Positions 28,774-40,004 of a stretch of DNA of 64,000 bases are shown piece by piece. Under the pieces are notes generated by a model. That model was not told the origin of the DNA. It saw only the letters and a program-made list of their open reading frames with translations, and ran no database searches. A program made the position numbers and the translations under genes. The stretch spans positions 2,281 to 66,280 of the forward strand of contig NZ_CAKVKB010000003.1 in the NCBI RefSeq assembly GCF_934754915.1. The letters are read 5' to 3'. Position 1 is the first letter of the stretch. Each line of letters begins with the position of its first letter. Origin of the DNA: an uncultured Clostridium sp. (GTDB lineage Bacteria; Bacillota; Clostridia; Clostridiales; Clostridiaceae).

Positions 28774-29700
28774 ATGACAAAAGAAATAAGACATTTAATA
28801 GAACCAATGGATTTTACAGTTGAAGAACTGAATGAGATCTTTGAACTCGCACATCAGATTATGGCAGATCCTCAGAAATTCTCACACATATGTGATGGAA
28901 AGATATTAGGAACATTATTTTATGAACCAAGTACAAGAACAAGATTAAGTTTTGAAGCAGCAATGATGAGACTTGGAGGAAAGATATTAGGATTTTCAGA
29001 ACCTAATTCAACATCTATTTCTAAAGGCGAAACACTTGCAGATACTATAAAAATAGTATCAATTTATTCAGACATTATTGCAATGAGGCATCCTAAAGAA
29101 GGTGCAGCAAAGGTTGCAAGTCTTTATGCAGGAGTTCCAATCATAAATGCAGGTGATGGAGGACATCAGCATCCAACCCAGACTCTTACTGATTTACTCA
29201 CAATAACAAGTTTAAAAAATGGATTAGATAATCATACAATAGGCATATGTGGAGATTTAAAATTTGGAAGAACAGTACACTCATTAATCAAAGCTATGTC
29301 AAGATATTCTGGAAATAAGTTCGTGTTGATATCGCCTAAAGAACTTGCAATTCCTCAATATATAAGAGAAGAAATATTGCAAAAGAATAATATGGAATAT
29401 GTTGAAGTAGAAAAACTTGAAGATGTTATAGGTAATCTTGATATTTTATATATGACAAGAATTCAAAAAGAAAGATTCTTTAATGAGGAAGAATATCTAA
29501 GACTTAAGGATAGTTATATATTAGACAAGGCTAAAATGGATATGGCATCAAAAGATATGATTGTAATGCATCCGCTTCCAAGAGTTAATGAAATATCATA
29601 TGAAATAGATGACGATGAAAGAGCATGTTATTTCAAGCAGGCTGAATATGGGATGTACGTAAGAATGGCTCTTATGATAAAACTTTTGGGGGTGATGTAA
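28774..29700 (+). CDS. pyrB: aspartate carbamoyltransferase catalytic subunit
   Basis: The motifs STRTR, HPTQ and HPLPR are present. Start is ATG 28774 after GAAGGAG. Confidence 0.92.
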   Translation: MTKEIRHLIEPMDFTVEELNEIFELAHQIMADPQKFSHICDGKILGTLFYEPSTRTRLSFEAAMMRLGGKILGFSEPNSTSISKGETLADTIKIVSIYSDIIAMRHPKEGAAKVASLYAGVPIINAGDGGHQHPTQTLTDLLTITSLKNGLDNHTIGICGDLKFGRTVHSLIKAMSRYSGNKFVLISPKELAIPQYIREEILQKNNMEYVEVEKLEDVIGNLDILYMTRIQKERFFNEEEYLRLKDSYILDKAKMDMASKDMIVMHPLPRVNEISYEIDDDERACYFKQAEYGMYVRMALMIKLLGVM

Positions 29701-30123
29701 ATGTTGGAAATAACTAGCATTAAGAATGGAATAGTAATAGATCATATTGAAGCAGGAAAGGGCGTAAAGATATTTAATTATCTTCAGCTTGATAAAAGTG
29801 ATTATAGTGTTGCTCTTATAATAAATGCAGAGAGCAAAAAACTTGGTAAAAAGGACATTTTAAAAATTGAAAATTGTGAAAAGCTTGATTATACAGTATT
29901 AGGATTGCTTTCACCAACAGTTACAATATGTGAAGTTAAAAATGAAGCTATAGTAAATAAAATAAAGCCAACACTTCCTGAAAGAGTGCAAAATATAATA
30001 AAATGTAAGAATCCAAGCTGTATAACAAAATTTGAAGAGTATGTACCTCATTCATTCATACTTGTTGACAAAGAAAATGGACGTTATAGATGTGAGTATT
30101 GTGATACAATAACAAGACTATAA
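29701..30123 (+). CDS. pyrI: aspartate carbamoyltransferase regulatory subunit
   Basis: It is 140 aa with a C-terminal zinc cluster (CKNPSC...CEYC). Its ATG abuts the pyrB stop. Confidence 0.88.
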   Translation: MLEITSIKNGIVIDHIEAGKGVKIFNYLQLDKSDYSVALIINAESKKLGKKDILKIENCEKLDYTVLGLLSPTVTICEVKNEAIVNKIKPTLPERVQNIIKCKNPSCITKFEEYVPHSFILVDKENGRYRCEYCDTITRL

Positions 30124-30202
30124 TTTAGATTATAGTAGTATTAAAGATGATGTTGTGAAAAGATTTATATAAATAGCAATAAGTTAATATAAGGAGGTTA
30201 TT

Positions 30203-31402
30203 ATGGAATTATTGATAAAAAATGCAAGAATAATAGATGCATTTCAAGATTTCACTGGTGATGTTTACATAAAAGATGGATTAATAGATGAAATAGGGAA
30301 AAAAATTAATAAGGAAAATGTTGAAACAATAGATGCAGAAGGAAAAGTTCTTATGCCATCATTTGTTGATACTCATACTCATTTTAGAGATCCAGGATTT
30401 ACATGGAAAGAAGATATTGAAACAGGTTCAAAAGCAGCATTAAGAGGAGGATACACAGGAGTGTGTCTTATGGCAAATACAAAACCTATATGTTCATCAA
30501 AAGAAACATTGGAGTATGTTAGAAATAAGAGTAAGGAATTAGATTTAATTGATGTACATCAATGTCTTTCAGTAACAAAGGATTTTGATGGAGTTACACT
30601 GACTCATCTTGAAGAATTAAAAGATGATCCTGAAATAAGAGCAATTTCAGATGATGGTGTAGGAGTTGCAAATTCTAATACTATGCTTCAAGCGATGAAG
30701 ATTGCAAAGAAAAATAACTGGGTCATAATGTCTCATGCAGAGTCTCCAGAGTTTTCAAAAGTAGATATGAGGATTGCTGAAAATATGATGACTTTAAGAG
30801 ACGTTGAACTTGCTAAAATTACTGGGGCAAGATTACATATGTGTCATGTAAGTACTAAAGAGTGTATAAAATATATAATAGATGGAAAAATGAGCGGAGC
30901 AAATATTACATTAGAAGTTACACCTCATCATATAGGGCTTACAAGAGATATAAATGATTATAGAGTAAATCCACCAATAAGAGAAAAGGAAGATGTAGAA
31001 GCTATAATTTCAGCAATAAAGCTTGGAATGGTTGATACAATAGGTACTGACCATGCACCGCATACAGCAGAAGAGAAGAAAAATGGTTCGCCAGGAATGG
31101 TTGGACTTGAAACTGCATTCCCAATATGTTACACAAAACTTGTAAGGGAAAACGGAATATCAATAAACAAGTTAAGTGGACTTATGTCTTTTAATGGTGC
31201 AAAACTTTTAGGAATGAATAAAGGAAAAGTAAGTGTGGGAACTGAAGGAGATTTGGTTCTTGTTGATTTAGATAAAAAGATAAAAGTTGATAGCAAAGAA
31301 TTTTTATCTAAGGGAAAAAATACCCCATTTGAAGGAATGGAGTTTTATGGAGAAATTTTAGCAACTATCAAGGGTGGAGTTATTAAATATAAGAAAAACT
31401 AA
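30203..31402 (+). CDS. pyrC: dihydroorotase
   Basis: The amidohydrolase motifs DTHTHFR and GTDHAPH are present, and it lies within the pyr operon. Confidence 0.9.
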   Translation: MELLIKNARIIDAFQDFTGDVYIKDGLIDEIGKKINKENVETIDAEGKVLMPSFVDTHTHFRDPGFTWKEDIETGSKAALRGGYTGVCLMANTKPICSSKETLEYVRNKSKELDLIDVHQCLSVTKDFDGVTLTHLEELKDDPEIRAISDDGVGVANSNTMLQAMKIAKKNNWVIMSHAESPEFSKVDMRIAENMMTLRDVELAKITGARLHMCHVSTKECIKYIIDGKMSGANITLEVTPHHIGLTRDINDYRVNPPIREKEDVEAIISAIKLGMVDTIGTDHAPHTAEEKKNGSPGMVGLETAFPICYTKLVRENGISINKLSGLMSFNGAKLLGMNKGKVSVGTEGDLVLVDLDKKIKVDSKEFLSKGKNTPFEGMEFYGEILATIKGGVIKYKKN

Positions 31403-31507
31403 TTGTTAAAAGATCTGCAGAGATAGTGATATGATAATTTGCAGACTTTGCATTTTATGATTGATAAAATTGACATAGATTTAAAATATAACGTAAGGAG
31501 CTTTAAA

Positions 31508-32380
31508 ATGACAAATAATATTATTGATAAATTATATGACAGAGTAGAAAAAAGAGGAGTTGTATGTGTTGGACTTGATACAGCATTAGATTATATTCCA
31601 GATTATATAAAAGAAGGAAGAACTCCAGGAGAAGCCATATTTGAATTTAATAAACAAATAATAGATTCTACATATGATGTAGCAGCATGTTTTAAAGTTC
31701 AGATTGCATATTACGAAGCATTAGGACTTGAAGGTCTTACTGCATATAAGAGAACCCTTGAGTATTTAAGAGAAAAAGATGAAATAATAATAGCGGATAT
31801 AAAAAGAGGAGATATAGCAGCTACTGCAAAAATGTATGCAAAAGCTCATTTTGAAGGAGACTTTGAAGCAGATTTTATAACGTTAAGCCCTTATATGGGA
31901 ATGGACAGTATAGAGCCATATATGCCATATTTAGAAAGTGGTAAAAAGGGTGTATTCAGTTTGGTAAGAACATCAAATCCAGGAGCTGAAGATATTGAAT
32001 ACATAGATACAGCAGAAGGAAAGAAAGTTTATGAAGTAGTTGCAGATAAGATTACAAAGATGGCTGAAAACTGTACTGGAAAATGTGGATATACTGCTAT
32101 AGGCGGTGTTATTGGATGTACTCATGTTGATGAAGGAAAGAAAATAAGAGCTAATTACAGCAACATGTTTTTCTTGATACCTGGATATGGAGCTCAAGGC
32201 GGAACAGCGGAGGATGTTGCTTTATATTTAAATAATGGAAATGGCGGAGTTGTCAATTCATCAAGAGGAATACTCCTTGCGTATAAAAAATTAAACAGAC
32301 CTGCAGAAGATTTTGCAGTATGTGCAAGAGAAGAAGCTATAAAGATGAGAGATGCTATAAAGAATGCTGTTAATAAATAG
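31508..32380 (+). CDS. pyrF: orotidine 5'-phosphate decarboxylase (long, type 2)
   Basis: The motifs VGLD and ADIKRGDI are present. Start is ATG 31508 after AAGGAG. The track start at 31439 lacks an RBS. Confidence 0.88.
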   Translation: MTNNIIDKLYDRVEKRGVVCVGLDTALDYIPDYIKEGRTPGEAIFEFNKQIIDSTYDVAACFKVQIAYYEALGLEGLTAYKRTLEYLREKDEIIIADIKRGDIAATAKMYAKAHFEGDFEADFITLSPYMGMDSIEPYMPYLESGKKGVFSLVRTSNPGAEDIEYIDTAEGKKVYEVVADKITKMAENCTGKCGYTAIGGVIGCTHVDEGKKIRANYSNMFFLIPGYGAQGGTAEDVALYLNNGNGGVVNSSRGILLAYKKLNRPAEDFAVCAREEAIKMRDAIKNAVNK

Positions 32381-32400
32381 TAAAAATATGGAGGTTTAAG

Positions 32401-33144
32401 ATGGCTGTTACATATAGAAGTGCAAAAGTTATTTCAAATGAAGAAGTATCAAAAGATATATATAAATTAGTGGTTAAAGATGCAGGTGAAATCAATGCTG
32501 GACAATTTTACATGCTAAAACTTAATGGAACAACACTTTTGCCAAGACCAATAAGCATATGTGAAAAAGATGGAGACAGACTTACATTTTTATATGCAGT
32601 GGTTGGAAATGGAACAAAAGAATTCTCTAAACTTAAAGAAAATGATGAAATTAATTTAACTGGTCCTCTTGGAAATGGATTTGATTTAAGTAAAGATTAT
32701 GGAAAAGTGGCATTAGTTTCAGGAGGAATAGGTACTGCACCTATGTTTGAACTTGCAAAAAGACTTAGAGAAAAAAACAATAGTGAAGTTATAGATTTAT
32801 ATTCTGGATTCAGAGATGAAATTTATCTGATTGATGATTTTAAGCCTTATGTCAATGATATAAAGATATCAACAAATACTGGTAAATATGGACATAAAGG
32901 ATTTGTAACAGATCTTTTAGATGTGGAAAAATATGATACAGTATTATGCTGTGGTCCTGAAATCATGATGAAAAAAGTAGTTGAAATGTGTAAAGAAAAG
33001 AATGTAAAAGTATATGTTTCTATGGAAAAGCACATGGCATGTGGAGTTGGTGCCTGTCTAGTATGTACATGTAAGACTAAAGATGGTAATAAGAGAACCT
33101 GCAAAGATGGTCCTGTATTTGATGGATACTATGTAGAATTATAG
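32401..33144 (+). CDS. pyrK: dihydroorotate dehydrogenase B electron-transfer subunit
   Basis: It has an FNR-like fold and a C-terminal 2Fe-2S cluster motif (CGVGACLVCTC...C). Confidence 0.88.
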   Translation: MAVTYRSAKVISNEEVSKDIYKLVVKDAGEINAGQFYMLKLNGTTLLPRPISICEKDGDRLTFLYAVVGNGTKEFSKLKENDEINLTGPLGNGFDLSKDYGKVALVSGGIGTAPMFELAKRLREKNNSEVIDLYSGFRDEIYLIDDFKPYVNDIKISTNTGKYGHKGFVTDLLDVEKYDTVLCCGPEIMMKKVVEMCKEKNVKVYVSMEKHMACGVGACLVCTCKTKDGNKRTCKDGPVFDGYYVEL

Positions 33145-33162
33145 GAATGGGGCGTGATTGAT

Positions 33163-34059
33163 ATGATGAAGGTAAATATTAATGGTGTAGAATTTAAGAA
33201 TCCTGTAATTGCTGCATCAGGAACTTTTGGTTTTGGAGCTGAGTATAATAATTTTTATGATGTTGGAATTCTTGGTGGGATATCATCAAAAGGTCTTACT
33301 ATAAATCCAAAAGCAGGGAATGATGGACTTAGAGTATTTGAAACTCCTTCTGGAATGATGAATTCTGTAGGACTTAATAATCCTGGAATAGATGCATTTA
33401 TAGAAAATGAGCTTCCTAAAATGAGAAAGCTTGGTACAAATGTTATAGCTAACATAGGTGGAGGATGTATTGATGATTATGTGGCTGCTGTTACTAAAAT
33501 AAATGAAACAGATGTTGATATGATTGAACTTAATATATCCTGTCCAAATGTAAAGCATGGAGGAATGGCATTTGGAATAAAATCAAACGTTGCATATGAT
33601 GTTGTTAAGGAAATAAAATCAATTGTAAAAAAACCATTAATGGTTAAATTGTCACCTAATGCTGAAGATATAGTTGATATGGCAGTTAAATGTCAGGAAG
33701 CTGGAGCTGATTCCATTTCACTTATAAACACTTTAAAAGGTATGGCAATTGACATATATAAGAGAAAGCCAGTATTTAATAATGTAACAGCAGGTCTTTC
33801 TGGTCCCGCTGTAAAACCAGTAGCTTTAAGAATGGTTTATGAAGTATCTAAAGCAGTTGATATTCCCGTTATAGGTCTTGGAGGAATTTCAAATGGGAAA
33901 GATGCTATTGAATTTATGATGGCGGGAGCAAGTGCTATTCAGATAGGTACAATTAATTTTATAAATCCTATGGCTGGAAAAGATATTATTGAAGAAATGG
34001 AAAATTTCTTGAAGGAACAAGGGATTAAAGATATAAATGAGATAGTTGGTATAATTTAA
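33163..34059 (+). CDS. pyrD: dihydroorotate dehydrogenase B catalytic subunit
   Basis: Class 1 DHODH motifs are present: [32 protein letters not shown]. The start is 33154, 33163 or 33166. Confidence 0.9.
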   Translation: MMKVNINGVEFKNPVIAASGTFGFGAEYNNFYDVGILGGISSKGLTINPKAGNDGLRVFETPSGMMNSVGLNNPGIDAFIENELPKMRKLGTNVIANIGGGCIDDYVAAVTKINETDVDMIELNISCPNVKHGGMAFGIKSNVAYDVVKEIKSIVKKPLMVKLSPNAEDIVDMAVKCQEAGADSISLINTLKGMAIDIYKRKPVFNNVTAGLSGPAVKPVALRMVYEVSKAVDIPVIGLGGISNGKDAIEFMMAGASAIQIGTINFINPMAGKDIIEEMENFLKEQGIKDINEIVGII

Positions 34060-34142
34060 TGTTAATGAAAATTAATATTATATAATCTTTCTTTTAAGTG
34101 ATAAAATGATATTCATGTTACTCAGTATTATTATTTATTCAC

Positions 34143-34171
34143 TTGACAAAAAATTACTCTCAAAGTATAAT
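34143..34171 (+). promoter_or_regulatory. consensus sigma-A-type promoter (TTGACA-17 nt-TATAAT)
   Basis: The hexamers and spacing match the consensus exactly. It lies about 270 nt upstream of the flavodoxin-like gene. Confidence 0.6.
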
Positions 34172-34439
34172 AGTCCTATATCAGTACTATTAAAAACGAA
34201 TGAAAAATATAAAGGATATCAATACAAAACAAAAGTATTTTGTATTGCATGGCAGAGTTTTAGTATTATATATAAAAATTATGCCAGAAAAGCATTATAT
34301 TCTATTTAATCTTATGGACATATATTTGTTTAAATTTCAAAAAAATGTTTTGAGAATAACCTTTTGCATTTATTGCAAAAGGTTAACTTTAAAATCAATA
34401 GTCCTAAAACAATACAGTATTATGAAAGGAATAAATGAT

Positions 34440-34982
34440 ATGAAAATTTTAATTTTACATGGTAGTGCTCGCAAAAATGGAAATACAGGAATTTTAGCTG
34501 ATGAATTTGCTCGTGGGGCAAAAGATGCAGGGCATGAAGTTACTAGAATTGAATTAAAAGAAAAAGTAATTAAAGATTGTGTAGGATGTGGCATCTGTCA
34601 GACAAATGGTGGAAAATGTGTGCAGAAAGATGATATGTTAGATATTTACAATGAAATACTAGACACAGATGTCATTGCTTTCATATCTCCAGTATATTTT
34701 TACACATGGACTTCTTTAATGAAGCGTGTTCTTGATCGAACATTTGCTATCGAAACTTTACTTACTAATAAAATATTTTATTTGGTTTCAGCTGGAGCTT
34801 AACTAGAAGAGAAATATATGAAAACAATGTTTGATTGCTATCATCAGTATGTTTCATGTTTTCGAGGTGAAGGAAACAAAGATGGAGGGATTCTTATGGC
34901 TTATGGTGTGAATTCTCCTGCTGATGTTAAGAATACAAATTATATACAAATGGCATATGATTTGGGAAATGGAATTATGTAG
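34440..34982 (+). pseudogene. flavodoxin-like / NADPH-dependent FMN reductase family gene interrupted by an in-frame TAA
   Basis: The N-terminal part is MKILILHGSARKNGNTG...CVGCGIC...ISPVYFYTW...YLVSAGA, then TAA at 34800..34802. The same frame continues LEEKYMKTMFDCYHQYVSCFRGEG...DLGNGIM to TAG at 34980..34982. Confidence 0.7.
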
Positions 34983-35112
34983 AAAAATAAAGCTAAAAAG
35001 GCTTAGAAATGTTTCTTCAACTGGAATTAAACATAGTATATTAGTATAATAAATTTAAAATATAATTGACAATAATATAATTTGATGGTATCGTAATAAC
35101 AATGGATAAACC

Positions 35113-35204
35113 CCTTTAAATTGATTCGAGAAATCAATAAGGAAGTTATGAGAAACCGTAGGCGTATTATGTCTTCCTTTATTTTATAAAAGGAAGACTT
35201 TTTT
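35113..35204 (+). promoter_or_regulatory. second PyrR-type attenuator (upstream of pyrE)
   Basis: CCTTTAAATTGATTCGAGAAATCAATAAGGAAGTTAT is nearly identical to the pyrB leader hairpin. The terminator is GTCTTCCTT-loop-AAGGAAGAC followed by T6. Confidence 0.8.
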
Positions 35205-35333
35205 GTATATGTAAAAAATAATTAATGTATGCAAAATAAAGATTAAGAAGTTTGCGATTAAAATTAATTATTTAGGGGTAAGTGGCATCAGGCTACTTTG
35301 TTATTAATATTAAAATTAACGGAGGAATTAAAG

Positions 35334-36008
35334 ATGAAAGCTTACAAGAAAGAATTTATTGATTTTATGATAGAATGTGGAGTGTTAACATTCGGAGATT
35401 TTGTTACTAAGAGCGGAAGAAAGACACCATTCTTTGTTAATACCGGGAATTATCAAACAGGAAGCCAGTTAAGCAGACTTGGAGCATTTTATGCAGAAGC
35501 GATAAAAGAAAACTTTGGTGAAGATTATGATATATTATTTGGACCTGCATACAAGGGAATCCCATTAGGTGTTACAACTGCAATTGCATTATCAGAAAAA
35601 TATGATATAGATGTTAAGTACTGTTCAAACAGAAAAGAAGTTAAAGACCATGGAGATAAGGGAATTCTTTTAGGAAGTAAATTAAAGGATGGAGATAAAG
35701 TTCTTATAGTTGAAGATGTAACAACAGCAGGAACTTCAATTTATGAAACAATGCCTATATTGAAGAGTCAGGGAGATGTTGATGTTAAAGGACTTATAAT
35801 TTCTGTTGACAGAATGGAAAAAGGCCAGGGAGAAAAATCGGCGTTATCTGAGATAAGAGAAAAGTTTGGATTTAAAACTTGTGCGATAGTTACAATGGCA
35901 GAAGTTATTGAATACTTATATAACAAGGAAATTAATGGAACTGTGCTTATAAACGATGAAATAAAGGCTAGAATTGATGATTATTATGCTCAATATGGTG
36001 CAAAGTAA
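35334..36008 (+). CDS. pyrE: orotate phosphoribosyltransferase
   Basis: The PRPP-binding loop VLIVEDVTTAGTS is present. Start is ATG 35334 after GGAGGA. Confidence 0.9.
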   Translation: MKAYKKEFIDFMIECGVLTFGDFVTKSGRKTPFFVNTGNYQTGSQLSRLGAFYAEAIKENFGEDYDILFGPAYKGIPLGVTTAIALSEKYDIDVKYCSNRKEVKDHGDKGILLGSKLKDGDKVLIVEDVTTAGTSIYETMPILKSQGDVDVKGLIISVDRMEKGQGEKSALSEIREKFGFKTCAIVTMAEVIEYLYNKEINGTVLINDEIKARIDDYYAQYGAK

Positions 36009-36027
36009 AATAAATTTATTTTGAAAT

Positions 36028-36062
36028 AAAGCTGCTTCTAAATTATTAGAGGCAGCTTTATT
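36028..36062 (+). terminator. Rho-independent terminator
   Basis: AAAGCTGCTTCTA-aattat-TAGAGGCAGCTTT followed by a short T-containing tail. Confidence 0.75.
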
Positions 36063-36641
36063 CGTTGTATAATTTAATAGATTGACAATAGAACAACAAT
36101 TATAAATTGAGCAAAGAGATGATTATGATAGTACTTAAATGAAAAACTGCAATTTATATTTAATTTTGATAATGGATAATTAATATTAGTTAAGCATAAA
36201 TATCTGCATGAAGTGACTGTATATCAAATGATATCTTTAATATAAGATTTTGCTATATATTTATTTGAATTAATAAAAAAATGAAACTTTTAAATTACTA
36301 ATACATTTGAATGAATAGTCAGAAAATAAAAACAACAAAAAATGTTATATTTTTAACAAAGCTTTTAAAGAAATGCATGGAAAAGTCACTAAAAAGAACA
36401 CGCATTTAGATAAAAATTATATATTTAGGAATAAATTTAAAACAAATATGATTTTTAACTATAAAAAACAAATATTTTTTTGATTATTTTAAAAAAAACT
36501 TTTGTTTTTGTCGATTTTGTATTATAATCATATTGAAAATGATTTAACAAAGTTTTAAGACTTTGAGTAAATTATCAAACAATTTGTATAGTACAAAAGA
36601 AGAAACTTATAATAGTATACAAAACAAAGGAGGAAACAATT

Positions 36642-38873
36642 ATGTTTAAACAATGGGATGGGTTTAAAAGTGGACAATGGCAAAAAAGTGTTGATGTAAG
36701 AAACTTTATTCAACTTAACTACACTCCTTATGAAGGTGATGATTCTTTCTTAACTGGAGCAAGTGAAAACACTACTAAATTATGGGATGAAGTAAGTGAC
36801 TTATTCAAAAAAGAAAGAGATAATGGCGGAGTTTTAGATGTTGATACTAAGACAGCATCAAGAATAAATGCTTATGCACCAGGATATATAGACAAAGCAA
36901 TTGAAAAAATTGTAGGAGTTCAAACTGATGCACCTTTAAAGAGAGCTGTAATGGCTGAAGGTGGAATAAGAATGGCTGAAAATGCAGCTAAAGCTTATGG
37001 ATATGAAGTTGATTCTAAGATTTCTGAAATATTTACTAAGTACAGAAAAACTCACAACCAAGGAGTTTTCGATGCTTATACAGATGAAATGAGATTAGCT
37101 AGAAAATCAGGTATCGTTACAGGTCTTCCAGATGCTTATGGTAGAGGAAGAATCATAGGTGACTACAGAAGAGTTGCTTTATACGGTGTTGATAGATTAA
37201 TCGAAGATAAATTAGCACAAAAGAAATCATTAGAAGTAAGCACAATAGATGAAGATGTTATCAGATTAAGAGAAGAAATATCTGATCAAATAGTTGCATT
37301 AAAAGAACTTAAAGAAATGGCATTAAGTTATGGAATAGATATATCTGGACCAGCAAGCAATGCACAGGAAGCAGTTCAATGGTTATACTTTGGATATTTA
37401 GCAGCAATTAAACAACAAAATGGTGCTGCAATGTCACTTGGTAGAACTTCTACATTCTTAGATATATACATTGAAAGAGATTTACAAAATGGAGTTATAA
37501 CTGAAGAAGAAGCTCAAGAAATAATTGACCATTTCGTAATGAAATTAAGATTAGTTAAATTCTTAAGAACTCCAGAATATAACGATTTATTCTCAGGAGA
37601 TCCAACTTGGGTTACTGAATCAATTGGTGGTATGGGATTAGATGGAAGAACTTTAGTTACTAAGAACTCATTCAGAATTCTTAACACACTATACACTATA
37701 GGACCATCACCAGAACCAAACTTAACTGTATTATGGTCAACAAGATTACCTCAAGGATTCAAAGATTTCTGCTCTAAGGTATCTATTGATACAAGTTCAG
37801 TACAATACGAAAATGATGATTTAATGGCTACATACTGGGGAGACGATTATGCTATAGCTTGTTGCGTATCTGCAATGAAAGTTGGTAAGCAAATGCAATT
37901 CTTTGGTGCAAGAGTTAACTTAGCTAAAACTTTACTTTATACTATAAACGGTGGTAGAGATGAAAAGTCTGGAGTACAAGTTGGACCTAAGATGGAACCA
38001 ATAACTTCTGAATACTTAGATTATAATGAAGTAATGGAAAAATTTGAAGTAATGACAGACTGGTTAGCTAATCTTTATGTTAATACTTTAAATGTAATTC
38101 ACTACATGCATGACAAATATTCTTATGAAAGCTTACAAATGGCTTTACATGACAGAGATGTATTCAGAACAATGGCTTGTGGTATAGCTGGACTTTCAGT
38201 TTGTGCTGACTCACTTTCAGCTATTAAATATGCTAAAGTTAAGCCAATAAGAAATGAAGAAGGAATAGCTGTGGACTTCGAAGTTGAAGGTGAATTCCCT
38301 AAATACGGAAATGATGATAACAGAGTTGATGATATTGCTGTATACTTAGTTGAAAACATGATGAACAAAATCAGAAAGAACAAGACTTACAGAAATGCAT
38401 ATCATACTCAATCAGTATTAACTATAACTTCTAACGTTGTTTATGGTAAGAAAACTGGTACTACTCCATGTGGTAGAAAAGCTGGAGAGCCATTTGCACC
38501 AGGAGCTAATCCAATGCACGGAAGAGATAACAGTGGTTCATTAGCATCATTAAACTCAGTTGCTAAGCTTCCATATGAACATTCTCAAGATGGTATTTCT
38601 AACACATTCTCAATTGTACCAGATGCATTAGGAAAATCCAAAGAACAACAAATAACTAACTTAAGTGCTATGATGGATGGATACTTTGGTCAAGATGCTC
38701 ATCACTTAAATGTTAATGTATTTAACAGAGAAACATTATTAGATGCTATGGAACATCCAGAAGAATATCCACAATTAACTATAAGAGTTTCAGGATATGC
38801 TGTAAACTTCATTAAGTTAACAAGAGAACAGCAATTAGATGTTATAAACAGAACATTCCACGAAAAAATGTAG
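36642..38873 (+). CDS. pflB: formate C-acetyltransferase (pyruvate formate-lyase)
   Basis: It has the glycyl-radical motif RVSGYAVNF near the C-terminus and the active-site CC (IACCVSAM). Length is 743 aa. Confidence 0.95.
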   Translation: MFKQWDGFKSGQWQKSVDVRNFIQLNYTPYEGDDSFLTGASENTTKLWDEVSDLFKKERDNGGVLDVDTKTASRINAYAPGYIDKAIEKIVGVQTDAPLKRAVMAEGGIRMAENAAKAYGYEVDSKISEIFTKYRKTHNQGVFDAYTDEMRLARKSGIVTGLPDAYGRGRIIGDYRRVALYGVDRLIEDKLAQKKSLEVSTIDEDVIRLREEISDQIVALKELKEMALSYGIDISGPASNAQEAVQWLYFGYLAAIKQQNGAAMSLGRTSTFLDIYIERDLQNGVITEEEAQEIIDHFVMKLRLVKFLRTPEYNDLFSGDPTWVTESIGGMGLDGRTLVTKNSFRILNTLYTIGPSPEPNLTVLWSTRLPQGFKDFCSKVSIDTSSVQYENDDLMATYWGDDYAIACCVSAMKVGKQMQFFGARVNLAKTLLYTINGGRDEKSGVQVGPKMEPITSEYLDYNEVMEKFEVMTDWLANLYVNTLNVIHYMHDKYSYESLQMALHDRDVFRTMACGIAGLSVCADSLSAIKYAKVKPIRNEEGIAVDFEVEGEFPKYGNDDNRVDDIAVYLVENMMNKIRKNKTYRNAYHTQSVLTITSNVVYGKKTGTTPCGRKAGEPFAPGANPMHGRDNSGSLASLNSVAKLPYEHSQDGISNTFSIVPDALGKSKEQQITNLSAMMDGYFGQDAHHLNVNVFNRETLLDAMEHPEEYPQLTIRVSGYAVNFIKLTREQQLDVINRTFHEKM

Positions 38874-38924
38874 TTTTAATTTCATCTACTTACAAAAGAT
38901 AAAATAATTAAAGATAATTAATTT

Positions 38925-38965
38925 AGAATCCTGGATGATTTTTCATTATCCAGGATTCTGTTTTA
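38925..38965 (+). terminator. Rho-independent terminator
   Basis: AGAATCCTGGAT-11 nt-ATCCAGGATTCT followed by GTTTT. Confidence 0.8.
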
Positions 38966-39125
38966 AAATAAAATTTATAAAGAAATTTTGAAAAATATAT
39001 ATTATTTAAAGAAATACTAATAGCATATCTAACAAAACTCATAATTGTTAAGTGTTAAATAGGTAATGCATAGGATAGTTATAATAAATGCGAAAATCAA
39101 ATGATAATGAAGGTGGAATACGATT

Positions 39126-39836
39126 ATGGTTAAAGGAACAATTCATTCAGTTGAAAGTATGGGACTTGTAGATGGACCAGGAATAAGAGTGGTTATATTT
39201 TTTCAGGGATGTGCGTTAAGATGTAAATTCTGTCACAATCCTGATACATGGACTCAAAATGGAGGAGAAGAGTATACTCCAGAACAGCTTGTTGATAGAA
39301 TAGAAAGATTTAAAAGTTATTTTGCAGCAAGTGGAGGGGGAGTAACTTTTTCAGGAGGAGATCCATTAAGACAACCTGAATTTTTATTAGAAACATTAAA
39401 GCTGTGTAAAGAAAAAGGGATAAATACATGCCTTGATACTTCAGGCTATGGATTTGGTGATTATGACGAAATATTAAAATATACAGATCTTGTTTTATAT
39501 GATATAAAACATTATACAAGAGAAGGATATAAGAATATAACTTTGATGGAAATTGATGAAACATTAAAGTTTCTTGAGGCTATGAAAAGAAATAATACAG
39601 AAATATGGATAAGACAAGTGGTTGTGCCTGGATTTACAGACAGCAGAGAGTATTTAGAAGGGCTTAAGAAATATATAGATACAATACCTAATATAAAAAG
39701 AGTTGAACTACTTCCATATCATCTATTAGGAGTAAATAAATATGAGATAATGAAAATCAGATATCCATTAGAAGGTGTTGAAGCTATGGATAAAGAGCTG
39801 TGTAAAAAATATCAAGAAGAAATATTTGGATATTAA
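39126..39836 (+). CDS. pflA: pyruvate formate-lyase activating enzyme (radical SAM)
   Basis: It has the N-terminal VDGPGIR motif and the CALRCKFCHN CxxxCxxC cluster. It lies downstream of pflB. Confidence 0.92.
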   Translation: MVKGTIHSVESMGLVDGPGIRVVIFFQGCALRCKFCHNPDTWTQNGGEEYTPEQLVDRIERFKSYFAASGGGVTFSGGDPLRQPEFLLETLKLCKEKGINTCLDTSGYGFGDYDEILKYTDLVLYDIKHYTREGYKNITLMEIDETLKFLEAMKRNNTEIWIRQVVVPGFTDSREYLEGLKKYIDTIPNIKRVELLPYHLLGVNKYEIMKIRYPLEGVEAMDKELCKKYQEEIFGY

Positions 39837-39843
39837 TGAGTAG

Positions 39844-39878
39844 ACTGCATAAATTAAATAAGAATTTATGCAGTTTTA
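39844..39878 (+). terminator. Rho-independent terminator
   Basis: ACTGCATAAAT-loop-ATTTATGCAGT followed by TTT. Confidence 0.8.
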
Positions 39879-39918
39879 ATTTTTAACCCAAATAAGTCAA
39901 GAATATATTAAAAAAATG

Positions 39919-39949
39919 TTGACATTAACACAACGTTAAAGTTTATACT
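39919..39949 (+). promoter_or_regulatory. MerR-type promoter: TTGACA, 19-nt spacer containing TTAAC-N5-GTTAA, then TATACT
   Basis: The spacer length and dyad were read directly from the sequence. It lies immediately upstream of the MerR-family gene. Confidence 0.6.
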
Positions 39950-40004
39950 AAGATTAATCCTTAAGGAATATATTAACATTAAAGCATTGGAGGGATTGAT
40001 GATT

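Noticed and set aside
34106-34439. ORFs 34106-34309 and the N-terminal 80 codons of ORF 34200-34802.
   Set aside because: The sequence is AT-rich leader with no RBS. The real flavodoxin-like start (MKILILHGS, 34440) is evident, and the region contains a consensus promoter and hairpins instead.
36075-36170. A possible very degenerate repeat relic (TAGATTGACAATAGAACAACAATTATAAATTGAGC...CTGCAATTTATAT) downstream of pyrE.
   Set aside because: Only the ATTGACAAT word and a vague arm are shared. ATTGACAAT is also the common -35 context in this genome, so this is not distinguishable from background by eye.
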